Origin: Oscillospiraceae bacterium
Lineage (GTDB): Bacteria > Bacillota > Clostridia > Oscillospirales > Oscillospiraceae
Direction of reading: 5' to 3'
DNA: 45,555 nt
Assembly (NCBI GenBank): GCA_045544935.1
Contig: JAZPZZ010000209.1
Coordinates: 1-45,555 of the forward strand
Shown here in pieces: positions 18,050 through 27,043 of the stretch; position 1 is the stretch's first letter; each line of letters opens with the position of its first letter. The notes below the pieces were generated by a model. The model was not told the origin of the DNA. It ran no database searches and saw only the letters and a list, made by a program, of their open reading frames with translations. Position numbers and translations under genes: made by a program.

Positions 18050-21000
18050 TCAGCCGACGGAGAGCAGGGCGGCCTCGGAGATCACCTTGGCGCCGCTGGC
18101 GTCGGTGATGACGCAGCGGTAGCGCTGTCCGTCGCGCTTCGCGGTCGCCTGGATCGTGAGCGTGTCGGTATCTGCGCCGGCGGCGGAGGAATCATACCAC
18201 ATGGTCTTGCCGGGCTGGCAATACTGCCACTGGTAGGTCAGATCGTCGCCGGAGACCTGCACGGTGAAGACGGCGCTCGTCCCGAGCGCGGCGGTCTGAT
18301 CCGCCGGCTGGGAGAGGATTTCCGCCATCGGCTGCGGCGCGCCGACCGTGAGCGCCGCGGCCTCGGAGATCACCCGGTTTCCGGAGACGTCGGTGACGAC
18401 GCAGCGGTAGCGCTGCCCGTCGCGCTTCGCGGTCGCCTGAATCGTGAGCGTGTCCGTGGTTGCGCCGGCGGCGGAGGAATCATACCACATGGTCTTGCCT
18501 GACTGGCAATACTGCCACTGGTAGGTCAGACCCTTTCCGGAGGCCTGCACGGTGAAGACGGCGTCCGCTCCGAGGGCGGCGGTCTGATCCGTCGGCTGGG
18601 AGAGGATCTCCGTTGGCCGGATGCTGCTGTCGATCGTGACCGTCACGGGGTCGGTCGTCACGCTTCTGCCGAGCGCGTCGGAGATGACGCAGCGGTAGGA
18701 CTGGCCGTCGCGCTTCTGGGTGAGGGTGACGCCGATGACCGCGCCGTCCGCGCCGGGCATGCCGGAGTCATACCACGTGGTCTTTCCGGGCTGGCGATAC
18801 TGCCACTGATAGGTCAGCCCCGCGCCCTGCGTGACGACGGAGAGCAGCACCGTCTCGCCTGCGGCGCCGGAGACGTCCTTCGGCTGGGAGACGATCGGGT
18901 CAAACGGCTCGTCGGCGAGGAAGTGGACGGTCGCGTTGTTGAAGCGGTAGGCGCCGGGGATTGCATTCCACTGTTCCTCCGTGCCGACGTAATAGATATC
19001 CTGCAGCGCGTCGCACATGTCGAAGCAGCCGAACATGCTGTTGTCAATCGAGGCAACGCTCGCCGGAATCGTGACGCTCGCGAGATTGCTGCAGGCCATG
19101 CACATTTCCGCGGGAAGCGCTGTGACGCCTTCCGGGATCGTGAGGGAGGTGATGCCGCAGCTGCTGAACGCGGAGAAGCCGATTTCGGCAACACCGGCCG
19201 GAATCGAGATGCGCTTCAGATTTCGGCAGCCGGAGAATGCGTTGGCGCGGATTCGGAGCACCCCGCTCGGAATTTCGTATGCACCGCTCTTTGCAGAGGG
19301 GTACAGGATGAGCTCCGTCATGTCCCTGGTGAAGAGCACGTTATCCACGGACACAAAGCACGCGTTGCCGGGCGCGACGTTGATCGTCGTCAGGCTGCTG
19401 CAGTTTTGGAACGCGCCGTCGCCGATGAAGGTGACCCCTGCCGGGATTGTGACGCGCTCGAGGCCGGAGTGGCCGAGCGCATAGCTGCCGATGTATTCGA
19501 GACTCTCGGGAAGCGCGATGCTCTTCAGCGACCAGCAGGAACTGAACGCGTTGCGGCCGATGGCGATGACGCCCTCCGGGATGGTCACCTGCTCCAGGTT
19601 GTATTGGTTGTAGAAGGCCTCGCCTGCGATCAGCCGCGTGCCGGGGCGGACGTCAAAGCAGACGGAGCCGTTATCGGCCGCACGCATCAGGATGGAGTCA
19701 TAATAGAACGAGTCGTCGATCCAGTTTGCGGTATCGTCATAAATCGGCGTATTGTCGAGCGCGTGGCTTCCGATGTTCCTGACGCTCGACGGAATGTCGA
19801 CCGACGTCAGATTTCCGCACTGATGGAACGCGTAGTCTCCGATCTCCACGACGCCGTCCGGAATCGTGAGGGCGGTCAGGCCGGTGCAGCGCGCGAACGC
19901 GGAATCTCCGATGCGCTCCAGACTCGTCGGGAGCGTCACGCTCGTGAGGTTCGCGCATTCGGAGAACGCGCCGTAGCCGATGCTGCTGACGCCGGGCTGA
20001 AGAACCACGGTCGTCAGATTCGGGCAAAAGGCGAACACGCTGCCGTCCATGGTCTCGACGCTTGCCGGAATGGTGACGCTCGTGAGACCGCTGTAGGCAA
20101 AGGCCATTTCTCCGAGCCGCACAATGTGCTCGGAAAGGTCAATGCGCTTCAGGCTCGTGCATCCGTCGAACGCAAAGTAGCCGATTTCCGTGACGGTATC
20201 CGGGATCGAAACCTGCTCGAGATTCTCGCAGCCGTAGAACGTCGTGCCGCCGATGCGCGTGATGCCGGGCTCAATCACCACGGCGCGGATGCGCGAATCG
20301 AACGACAGCGGGCTTTTATCGTCCGGCGTCTCTCCGTCGGTATAGCGGTCCCAGGTGGCGCCGGTGCCGGTGACGGTGACGACGCCGTTTTCATCCATGG
20401 TCCAATACGCGTTGTCGCCGCACTGGCCGGACGGCAGGACCACGCCGTCCTGACAATGGATGAAGGCGCTCGTGAGCGAGTTGTTGAACTCCGCGATCTC
20501 GACGGCGTTCCACTGCGCCGTCGTGCCGGGGTAATAGACGTCGCCCAGGCCGCGGCAATTCGGGAAGGCGTTATATTCAACGCGCTCGAGGCTTGCGGGC
20601 AGCGTCAGCGCCGTGAGCGCCTCGCAGGAGCGGAACGCGCCGGAGCCGATGCTCGTCACGCCGTCCGGGACGGTGTAAGTCTCGCCCCTGCCGAGCGGAT
20701 ACTGCACCAGCGTGGTGCAGGCCTTGTCAAAGAGCACGCCGTCCACGGCGGCAAAGACTTCGCTGTCGGCCGCGACCTCGAACGACTGCAGGGAGGCGCA
20801 GCCGTAAAACGCGCTGTCTCCGATGCGCTCGAGGCTCGCCGGGATGGAGACGCTCGTCAGATTCCCATCCCAGCAGAACGCCTGGTCCGCAATGCTCGTG
20901 ACGCCCTCGGACAGGACGACCGTTTTCACCCTGTCGGCAAATCGCATCCACGGGTTGGACGTCATCTCACCCGTGCCGGAGATGACGAGGGCGCCGTCCT

Positions 21001-23533
21001 CCAGCAGGGCCCATGTGAGGTGCTCGCCGCAGGCACCGTTGGGATAGTACGTGCCGTCGGCGCACAGAATCTTCGCTCTGTCCAGCGGCTCGTTGCCGAA
21101 CTGGATCTCAACCGCGCTCCACTGCGCGATCGTGCCGGCGAAGGAGACCTCCGCGAGCGCGCCGCAGCCGCTGAACGCGCAGGATTCGATGCGCGCAAGG
21201 CTCGCGGGGAGCTCCACGCGCGTCAGGTTGGGGCAGGAGTTGAACGCGTTGTATACAATGCTCGTGATCCCCTCGGAGATCACGACGCGCTGCACGTCGT
21301 TCTGGTGCTCGTACACCCATGGGGACGAGGTGATCTCACCCGTGCCGGTGATCGTGAGCACGCCGTCGGCCAGCGTCCAGAAGGCATTGCTGCCGCAGGG
21401 CTCCGGCAGCGACGGGTCCGCCGGATCGTCCACGCGGATCGATGCGACGCCGAGGACGTGCCCGTCCGCCGGGTCGGCATAGACCGTGGCGGTGAGCTTG
21501 CGGACGGAATCATACTGGCGGAAATATGCCGGATCGTCGCTCCAGAAGGTCAGCCAATCCTGCGTCGAGCTCCAGAGGACAGGGCGGTAACACCATTCGT
21601 ACTCCGAGAGGTCGAGATAGGGATTGGACAGACCGGAAAGATCGGCGTTTTCGCCGTCTGCAACCCGATAGAAGACCGTTGCAAGCTCCGATCTGTTGAA
21701 CGAAGAGCTCGGCAGAAACTGCGCGGGATCAAAGCCTGTTAAGATATTGCGCCAGTATGTCCAGTGAATCGCGTCGATCTGCCGCTGCGACAATCCCTCG
21801 AGGTCCGTAAACAGCTCCCGATAGCCGGTGATCGAGCCGTTGAAGAGATCATAGAGCATCTCCGCGACGCCGACGCGCGTGCCGTAATAGCTGCGTACCT
21901 GCGTGACGGCGCCCTCCGGCGCCTCGCTGCACAGCACGAGCTCGCCCGTGGCGACGGGAACATTGATATCACCGTCGGAACAGTAGATGCAGGCGGCGGT
22001 CAGCGCGTCGTTTCCGCTGCCGAGCCGCATCGCGTTCCACTGCTCCGTCGTGCCGGAGTAGTTTACATTCTGAATGTTCGGGCAGCCGTCGAACGCGCGC
22101 TCGCCGATCACGGTGACCGTTTCGGGGATCGACACGCTGCGCAGATTCTCATAAAAGCAGAACGCCTCGTCGGCGATGCTCGTGACGCCGTCGCCCACCA
22201 TGATGCAGGTGACGTCCGTATCCATCCAGCCCGGAGAGGAGGTCATCTCGCCCGTGCCGGTGATGCGGAGCGTGCCGTATTCATGCTTGTACCAATAGAC
22301 GTCGTTTCCGCACTGTCCGCTCGCGACGATCGAAGGATCGGACGTCGGCTCGTCGGTCGGGTCTGGCGGCGGAGTCGGCTCGTCGGTCGGCTCGGAGGCG
22401 GGTTCGATCGTGCCGTCCGCGCAGTGGATGGCGGCGTAGTTCAGGCGCTCATTGCCTTCGCTGTCGCCGGTGATCGTGTTCCACTGCTCAATTGTGCCGG
22501 CATAATACACGTCGTGCAGCTTTGTGCAGTTGCGGAAAACCGCATTTCCGAAGCTGGTCACGCTGTCCGGGATCGTGATGGTTGTCAGATTGCTGCAGCC
22601 GCTGAACGCGCCAACTTCTATAGCGGTCACAGAATCCGGAAGCACGATCTCGGAGAGACTGCTGCAATTATCGAATGCAGAGAATCTGATGAGCGTAATG
22701 CCGTCCGGAATCGTAATGCTCGTCAGGCTGCTGCAATCACCGAACGCGTTTTGATCAATGTATATGACAGAAGCCGGGAGATCGATGCTCCGCAGGCTGC
22801 TGCATCGACTAAAAGCGTTTTCGCCGATCTTTTCCACGCCGTAGGGGATCGCCATTTCCACCAGGTTTTCACAATCATAAAACGTGCCGGACCGAATCTC
22901 CGTCAATCCGCTCGGAAGCATGACAGTTTTCAGTTTGCTTTGAGAAAACGCATAGGAATCGATCGCCGTCACGGTTGAAGGAACCGCATACTGCACGTCG
23001 GAACGAGCAGCCGGAAAACGGATCAGCATCTTTTCGTCTTTGCTGAACAAAATGCCATCTACAGCTGCAAAGGCCGGATTGTCCTCTGCAACCTCATACG
23101 CCTCAACGCCTGGAGAATAAGCAAAATTGTGTTCACCGATGCTTGTAAGAGAACTCGGAATGACGATTGTTGGGACATGCAAGTTGCCAAACAGCCCCAT
23201 CGCAATTCCAGTCACGCCCTCTTCAAACACAATCGCTGCTGCGTGTTCAGCGTCGAAATTGATCCAGCTTACTTCGCCTTGGCCGCTGAACGTAAGCACA
23301 TCGTTTTCATCCCGCGACCAAAAGGTGTTCTCGCCGCATTGACCGCTTGTGGGCGATGGCGTCGGTTCTGCGGGCTCTGTCGGATCGGGCGGGATTGGCT
23401 CCTCAGGCGTCTCCGTTGCTGCCGGATCGGTCGGTGCTGCGGGTTCGTCCGGGTCCGCCGCGAGCGCCGCGGAGGGCAGCAGCGACAGCACCAGACAGAA
23501 CACCAGAAGCAAACTGAAAATACGTCGTTTCAT
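18050..23533 (-). CDS. Giant secreted surface protein: several BspA-type leucine-rich-repeat modules + three C-terminal Ig-like domains
   Basis: 1827 aa. Signal peptide. Many F..C..L..I.IP.SV..IG..AF..C units (LRR_5-like). C-terminal YQWQY...W....TL.I....DG..YRCV.TD domains. Confidence 0.9.
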   Translation of the reverse strand: MKRRIFSLLLVFCLVLSLLPSAALAADPDEPAAPTDPAATETPEEPIPPDPTEPAEPTPSPTSGQCGENTFWSRDENDVLTFSGQGEVSWINFDAEHAAAIVFEEGVTGIAMGLFGNLHVPTIVIPSSLTSIGEHNFAYSPGVEAYEVAEDNPAFAAVDGILFSKDEKMLIRFPAARSDVQYAVPSTVTAIDSYAFSQSKLKTVMLPSGLTEIRSGTFYDCENLVEMAIPYGVEKIGENAFSRCSSLRSIDLPASVIYIDQNAFGDCSSLTSITIPDGITLIRFSAFDNCSSLSEIVLPDSVTAIEVGAFSGCSNLTTITIPDSVTSFGNAVFRNCTKLHDVYYAGTIEQWNTITGDSEGNERLNYAAIHCADGTIEPASEPTDEPTPPPDPTDEPTSDPSIVASGQCGNDVYWYKHEYGTLRITGTGEMTSSPGWMDTDVTCIMVGDGVTSIADEAFCFYENLRSVSIPETVTVIGERAFDGCPNIQNVNYSGTTEQWNAMRLGSGNDALTAACIYCSDGDINVPVATGELVLCSEAPEGAVTQVRSYYGTRVGVAEMLYDLFNGSITGYRELFTDLEGLSQRQIDAIHWTYWRNILTGFDPAQFLPSSSFNRSELATVFYRVADGENADLSGLSNPYLDLSEYEWCYRPVLWSSTQDWLTFWSDDPAYFRQYDSVRKLTATVYADPADGHVLGVASIRVDDPADPSLPEPCGSNAFWTLADGVLTITGTGEITSSPWVYEHQNDVQRVVISEGITSIVYNAFNSCPNLTRVELPASLARIESCAFSGCGALAEVSFAGTIAQWSAVEIQFGNEPLDRAKILCADGTYYPNGACGEHLTWALLEDGALVISGTGEMTSNPWMRFADRVKTVVLSEGVTSIADQAFCWDGNLTSVSIPASLERIGDSAFYGCASLQSFEVAADSEVFAAVDGVLFDKACTTLVQYPLGRGETYTVPDGVTSIGSGAFRSCEALTALTLPASLERVEYNAFPNCRGLGDVYYPGTTAQWNAVEIAEFNNSLTSAFIHCQDGVVLPSGQCGDNAYWTMDENGVVTVTGTGATWDRYTDGETPDDKSPLSFDSRIRAVVIEPGITRIGGTTFYGCENLEQVSIPDTVTEIGYFAFDGCTSLKRIDLSEHIVRLGEMAFAYSGLTSVTIPASVETMDGSVFAFCPNLTTVVLQPGVSSIGYGAFSECANLTSVTLPTSLERIGDSAFARCTGLTALTIPDGVVEIGDYAFHQCGNLTSVDIPSSVRNIGSHALDNTPIYDDTANWIDDSFYYDSILMRAADNGSVCFDVRPGTRLIAGEAFYNQYNLEQVTIPEGVIAIGRNAFSSCWSLKSIALPESLEYIGSYALGHSGLERVTIPAGVTFIGDGAFQNCSSLTTINVAPGNACFVSVDNVLFTRDMTELILYPSAKSGAYEIPSGVLRIRANAFSGCRNLKRISIPAGVAEIGFSAFSSCGITSLTIPEGVTALPAEMCMACSNLASVTIPASVASIDNSMFGCFDMCDALQDIYYVGTEEQWNAIPGAYRFNNATVHFLADEPFDPIVSQPKDVSGAAGETVLLSVVTQGAGLTYQWQYRQPGKTTWYDSGMPGADGAVIGVTLTQKRDGQSYRCVISDALGRSVTTDPVTVTIDSSIRPTEILSQPTDQTAALGADAVFTVQASGKGLTYQWQYCQSGKTMWYDSSAAGATTDTLTIQATAKRDGQRYRCVVTDVSGNRVISEAAALTVGAPQPMAEILSQPADQTAALGTSAVFTVQVSGDDLTYQWQYCQPGKTMWYDSSAAGADTDTLTIQATAKRDGQRYRCVITDASGAKVISEAALLSVG
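18053..18910 (-). repeat. Three tandem 288-nt (96-aa) Ig-like domain repeats inside the LRR protein
   Basis: Units start at 18053, 18341 and ~18629. The first two are near-identical at nucleotide level by eye. Confidence 0.75.
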
Positions 23534-23576
23534 AGGTTCATCCTCGCTTTACGTTGTGTTGAAAATGTATAAAATA

Positions 23577-23605
23577 AATATACCATTTCGGCAATATGGT
23601 GTCAA
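23577..23605 (-). promoter_or_regulatory. Promoter of the LRR protein gene
   Basis: Minus strand: TTGACA (23600-23605), 17 nt spacer, TATATT (23577-23582). Confidence 0.5.
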
Positions 23606-23643
23606 TCATGACGGAAGACCTTTTGCCGTTTCTGACAGACAGG

Positions 23644-23672
23644 AAAAAAACGTCTCCCGAGAGGGAGACGGT
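23644..23672 (-). terminator. Terminator after the CPBP protease gene
   Basis: Minus strand: ccgtctccc-tctc-gggagacg followed by T7. Confidence 0.8.
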
Positions 23673-23676
23673 TTTG

Positions 23677-24381
23677 TTACGACGCGCCGGATACCATGTA
23701 GGCCAGCGCGAGAGAGTTTGTGAAGATGTGAAAGAAGATCGGCGTCCAGATCGTCTCGGTGCGGTCGTAGCAGAAGGTGATCGCCGCGGTGAGCGGGATG
23801 TATTCCAGCGCCGAGAGGAGCACCCTCCAGTCCTGCTCCACGATGGCAAACTGCCACACGTGGTAGACGCAGAACACCGCGATCGACACGACCCAGCCGA
23901 GCCAGCGGCGTTTTCTGGCGAACGTGCCGAAGAGCACGCCGCGAAACAGCACCTCCTCCGCGATCGGCGCCATGAGCACCGCCACGGCGAAGGTTTTTTT
24001 ATATTCGAGGTTCGCGAGCTCTCCGATCGCGTCGTTGTTCGGCGTCGCGAGCTCGCCGAAGACGTCCGTCAGCCCCTGCAGCACGAGCGTGAGCGCGATC
24101 TGCAGCACATAGGCCAGCGCCATCACGAGGATGGCGCGGCGTAGATTGCCCACGAAGCGGTCGAAGCTCTCGCGCAGATAGTTCCAGAACGCGATGAGCA
24201 CGAATACGAACGTGAAGAGATAATAGATCACGTTCGCGCTCGCGTCGGAGAGGTTGTCCGGCCCGATCAGCAGATAGAGCACGGGCACAAGCAGCAGCGG
24301 CAGCAGTATCACGTGGATCGGCAGCCAGATCCAGCCGCAGATGCGCTCGCGCCGCAGCATCAGATCGTCAAAGGGTTTCAT
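23677..24381 (-). CDS. CPBP (CAAX-type) intramembrane glutamic metalloprotease family protein
   Basis: Start taken at ATG 24381 (MKPFDDL...). EEVLFRGVLF and FFHIFTNS motifs. Polytopic. Confidence 0.8.
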   Translation of the reverse strand: MKPFDDLMLRRERICGWIWLPIHVILLPLLLVPVLYLLIGPDNLSDASANVIYYLFTFVFVLIAFWNYLRESFDRFVGNLRRAILVMALAYVLQIALTLVLQGLTDVFGELATPNNDAIGELANLEYKKTFAVAVLMAPIAEEVLFRGVLFGTFARKRRWLGWVVSIAVFCVYHVWQFAIVEQDWRVLLSALEYIPLTAAITFCYDRTETIWTPIFFHIFTNSLALAYMVSGAS

Positions 24382-24407
24382 AGATCGTTGCTCCGTTCGG
24401 GAAGGTG

Positions 24408-24462
24408 TGTAGGGGCGATTCACGAATCGCCCGCGGGCCGCCGGGGTCGTCGGCCCTACGAA
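24408..24462. repeat. GC-rich REP-like intergenic element
   Basis: gtaggggcgattcacgaatcgccc hairpin plus gtcgtcggccctacga. The ...GTCGGCCC(C)TACG motif recurs at 33268-33322. Confidence 0.4.
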
Positions 24463-25385
24463 TGGTCGGATTCCTCCGGGAAGGGCAGGCGGATGGTGTG
24501 TCCGTCCGGCGGACATTCGGCGGCGGGGAAGATCGCGCGCGCCGCTTCGAGCGCGGAGGGTACGTCCTCGATCGCCTGCGACAGGTGCGTGAGCCAGAGG
24601 CGCTTGGCCCCGGCTCTCGCGGCAGCGTTCGCCGCGTCGGTGAAGGTGGAGTGGCCCCAGCGGTTGGCCTCCGCGCGGTCGGCCTCGGAGGCGTAGGTCG
24701 CCTCGTGCACGAGCAGGTCTGCGCCTCTCGCCGCCTTTTCCAAGGCGCGGCAGGGCTTCGTGTCGCCCGAGAAGGCGACGGTGAGCCCCGGCCGTTCCGG
24801 ACCCAGGACCTGCTCGGGGCGGACGCGCCCGACGCGCTCGCCGCGCTGGAGTCGGGCCCAGTCCCTCTTTTGGACGCCGAGTTTTTCCGCTTGTTCCGGC
24901 AGAAAGCGCCCGGCGCGCCTTAAATGAAACACATAGCCCTGACTTGCCACGCGGTGCGCCGTCTCCACGGCGGAGAGCACGCTCCCGCGCGGCCAGCCGT
25001 CCAAAAAATCCGAGAGGTCCGCGCCATTTTTGTCGAGCGCGATGCCGCGAATTTCAAACGGCATCGGCCCCGCGAGGGCGAAGATCGGCGCCATCGCGCG
25101 CTCGAGCCCCTCCGGCCCCGCGAACCAGAGCGGCTCCGTCCGGCCGAGACAGGCGATCGTCTGCAGCAGGCCGGGCAGACCGAAGATGTGGTCGCCGTGA
25201 AAATGCGTGAGCGCGATGAGGTCGACGCGCGCGGCGCTCACATGGTGCCGCCGCATCTGCAGCTGCGTGCCCTCGCCGCAGTCAAAGAGGATCGTCCGGC
25301 CCTGACAGGAGAGCGCCATCGCCGCGAGCGCGCGCTCCGCCGTCGGCATTGTGGCGCCGGTGCCGAGCAGGGTGACGCCGAGCAT
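24456..25385 (-). CDS. rnz: Ribonuclease Z (tRNA 3' endonuclease, MBL fold)
   Basis: MLGVTLLGTGATMPT..., LTHFHGDHIFGLPGLLQT (HxHxDH). 309 aa. Start lies 1 nt after the tyrS stop. Confidence 0.85.
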   Translation of the reverse strand: MLGVTLLGTGATMPTAERALAAMALSCQGRTILFDCGEGTQLQMRRHHVSAARVDLIALTHFHGDHIFGLPGLLQTIACLGRTEPLWFAGPEGLERAMAPIFALAGPMPFEIRGIALDKNGADLSDFLDGWPRGSVLSAVETAHRVASQGYVFHLRRAGRFLPEQAEKLGVQKRDWARLQRGERVGRVRPEQVLGPERPGLTVAFSGDTKPCRALEKAARGADLLVHEATYASEADRAEANRWGHSTFTDAANAAARAGAKRLWLTHLSQAIEDVPSALEAARAIFPAAECPPDGHTIRLPFPEESDHS

Positions 25386-25386
25386 T

Positions 25387-26604
25387 TTATTTCAAAACGG
25401 CCTTGTGGAAGACCTTCTTGCCCTTGCGGAGCTTCACGCCCGCCTGCAGAGCCTCCTTCGAGACCTTGAAGTCAATGTCCGCGACCTTCTCGCCGTCGGC
25501 CTGCACGCCGCCCTGCTGAATGAGGCGCCGCGCTTCGCCGCGGGAGGCGGCAAGGCCGCAGGCAATCATGAGATCGATGATGCCCATGCCGTCGGCCGGC
25601 ACTTCCGTGAGCTCGGTGGTGGGCATGGTGCTGTCGTCCCCGGAGCCTGCGAAGAGCGCGCGGGCGGCGCTGCGGGCCTTCTCGGCCTCCTCGGCGCCGT
25701 GCACGAGCGTGGTGAGCTCCATGGCGAGGATCTCCTTCTTCTCGTTGATGCGCGCATCGTCCCACTTCTCCATGGCCTCGATCTCCTCGAGCGGGAGGAA
25801 GGTGAGCATGCGGATGCACTTCATGACGTCCGCGTCGTCCACGTTGCGCCAGTACTGATAGAAGTCGAAGGGGCTGGTCTTGTTCGGGTCGAGCCAGACG
25901 GCGTTGCCGGCGGTCTTGCCCATCTTCTTGCCCTGCGAGTCGGTCAGCAGCGTGATCGTCATGGCGTGGGCGTCGCGGCCCAGCTTCTTGCGGATGAGCT
26001 CCGTGCCGCCGAGCATGTTCGACCACTGGTCGTCGCCGCCGAACTGCATGTTGCAGTCGTAGTGCTGGAAGAGGTAGTAGAAGTCGTAGCTCTGCATGAT
26101 CATGTAGTTGAACTCAAAGAAGCTGAGTCCCTTCTCCATGCGCTGCTTGTAGCACTCGGCGCGCAGCATGTTGTTCACCGAGAAGCACGCGCCGACCTCG
26201 CGCAGCACGTCCACGTAGTTGAGATCCAGCAGCCAGTCGGCGTTGTTGACCATGATGGCCTTGCCCTCGCCGAACTCGATGAACTTCTCCATCTGGCGCT
26301 TGAAGCACTCGGCGTTGTGGTTGATGTCCTCGCGCGTGAGCATCTTGCGCATGTCGGTGCGGCCGGAGGGGTCGCCGATCATGGTCGTGCCGGCGCCGAT
26401 GAGGGGGAGGGGCTGGGTGCCCGCCTCCTGCAGGCGCTTCATGAGCGTGAGCGCCATGAAGTGACCGGCGGTCAGGCTGTCGGCCGTGCAGTCAAAGCCG
26501 ATGTAGAAGCGGGCCTTGCCGGTGTTGACCATCTCGCGGATCTCTTCCTCGTTCGTGACCTGCGCGATCAGACCGCGGGCCTGCAGCTCTTCATAGATTC
26601 CCAT
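25387..26604 (-). CDS. tyrS: Tyrosine--tRNA ligase
   Basis: ATG 26604 behind GGAGGAC. GFDCTADSLTAGH (HIGH-like), KMGKT (KMSKS-like), C-terminal S4-like domain. Preceded by a Tyr T-box. Confidence 0.92.
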   Translation of the reverse strand: MGIYEELQARGLIAQVTNEEEIREMVNTGKARFYIGFDCTADSLTAGHFMALTLMKRLQEAGTQPLPLIGAGTTMIGDPSGRTDMRKMLTREDINHNAECFKRQMEKFIEFGEGKAIMVNNADWLLDLNYVDVLREVGACFSVNNMLRAECYKQRMEKGLSFFEFNYMIMQSYDFYYLFQHYDCNMQFGGDDQWSNMLGGTELIRKKLGRDAHAMTITLLTDSQGKKMGKTAGNAVWLDPNKTSPFDFYQYWRNVDDADVMKCIRMLTFLPLEEIEAMEKWDDARINEKKEILAMELTTLVHGAEEAEKARSAARALFAGSGDDSTMPTTELTEVPADGMGIIDLMIACGLAASRGEARRLIQQGGVQADGEKVADIDFKVSKEALQAGVKLRKGKKVFHKAVLK

Positions 26605-26640
26605 TTTTGTATGTCCTCCAATAAAATGAATTGTCAAAAT

Positions 26641-26905
26641 AAAACGCCCTCTGTCCTTTCCGGGACAGAGGGCGATTGTTCGCGGTACCACCTCTGGTTT
26701 CCGCACCTCTCACGAAGTGCGGCTCACGATGTGCATGACACATCCGCGCGATAACGGGCGCACCCGACTGGCCCTACTGGCAAACGCGTTCAGGCAGCGG
26801 CTCCGGAGGGTACTTCAAAGCAGAGGCCGCGCGCCCTCGCACCAACCGGGCGCTCTCTGAAGCGGGAATAAGCTGCTTTTACTCAAACTCCATCACAGCC
26901 GTGAC
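26641..26905 (-). promoter_or_regulatory. T-box leader (tRNA-Tyr sensing riboswitch) of tyrS
   Basis: Minus strand: AGAGAG stem-I start. GAAGUACC with UAC (Tyr) at 26810-26812. T-box AAACCAGAGGTGGTACCGCG (26681-26700). Terminator cgccctctgtcc/ggacagagggcg + TTTT (26641-26674). Confidence 0.85.
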
Positions 26906-26915
26906 GTATGGGGGG

Positions 26916-26944
26916 ATTATAACATTGCAATACAAAAAATGCAA
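26916..26944 (-). promoter_or_regulatory. Promoter of the tyrS T-box leader
   Basis: Minus strand: TTGCAT (26939-26944), 17 nt spacer, TATAAT (26916-26921). Confidence 0.65.
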
Positions 26945-27037
26945 GAGTGGAACGTTGAGAGTGGAGAGTGGAGATGACAAGACAGCTTCTGCGCAGAAAC
27001 CATGCGGCAACTCCACTCTCAACTCTCCACTCTCCAC
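26945..27037. repeat. Inverted repeat built from tandem heptamers (GAGTGGA units / CTCCACT units)
   Basis: gagtgga-acgttga-gagtgga-gagtgga-g versus ctccact-ctcaact-ctccact-ctccac. About 20/22 complementary, ~44-nt loop, several pairing registers possible. Sits directly after the stop of the 27044 gene. Confidence 0.7.
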
Positions 27038-27043
27038 GCTCAT

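Noticed and set aside
26882-27043. 54-codon ORF (MSVESGELRVELPHGFCAEAVLSS...) starting right after the stop of the 27044 gene, considered as a possible precursor peptide for the radical SAM enzyme.
   Set aside because: It is encoded by the heptamer inverted repeat itself and runs through the tyrS promoter. There is no RBS, and its composition is dictated by the repeat. It is most likely non-coding.
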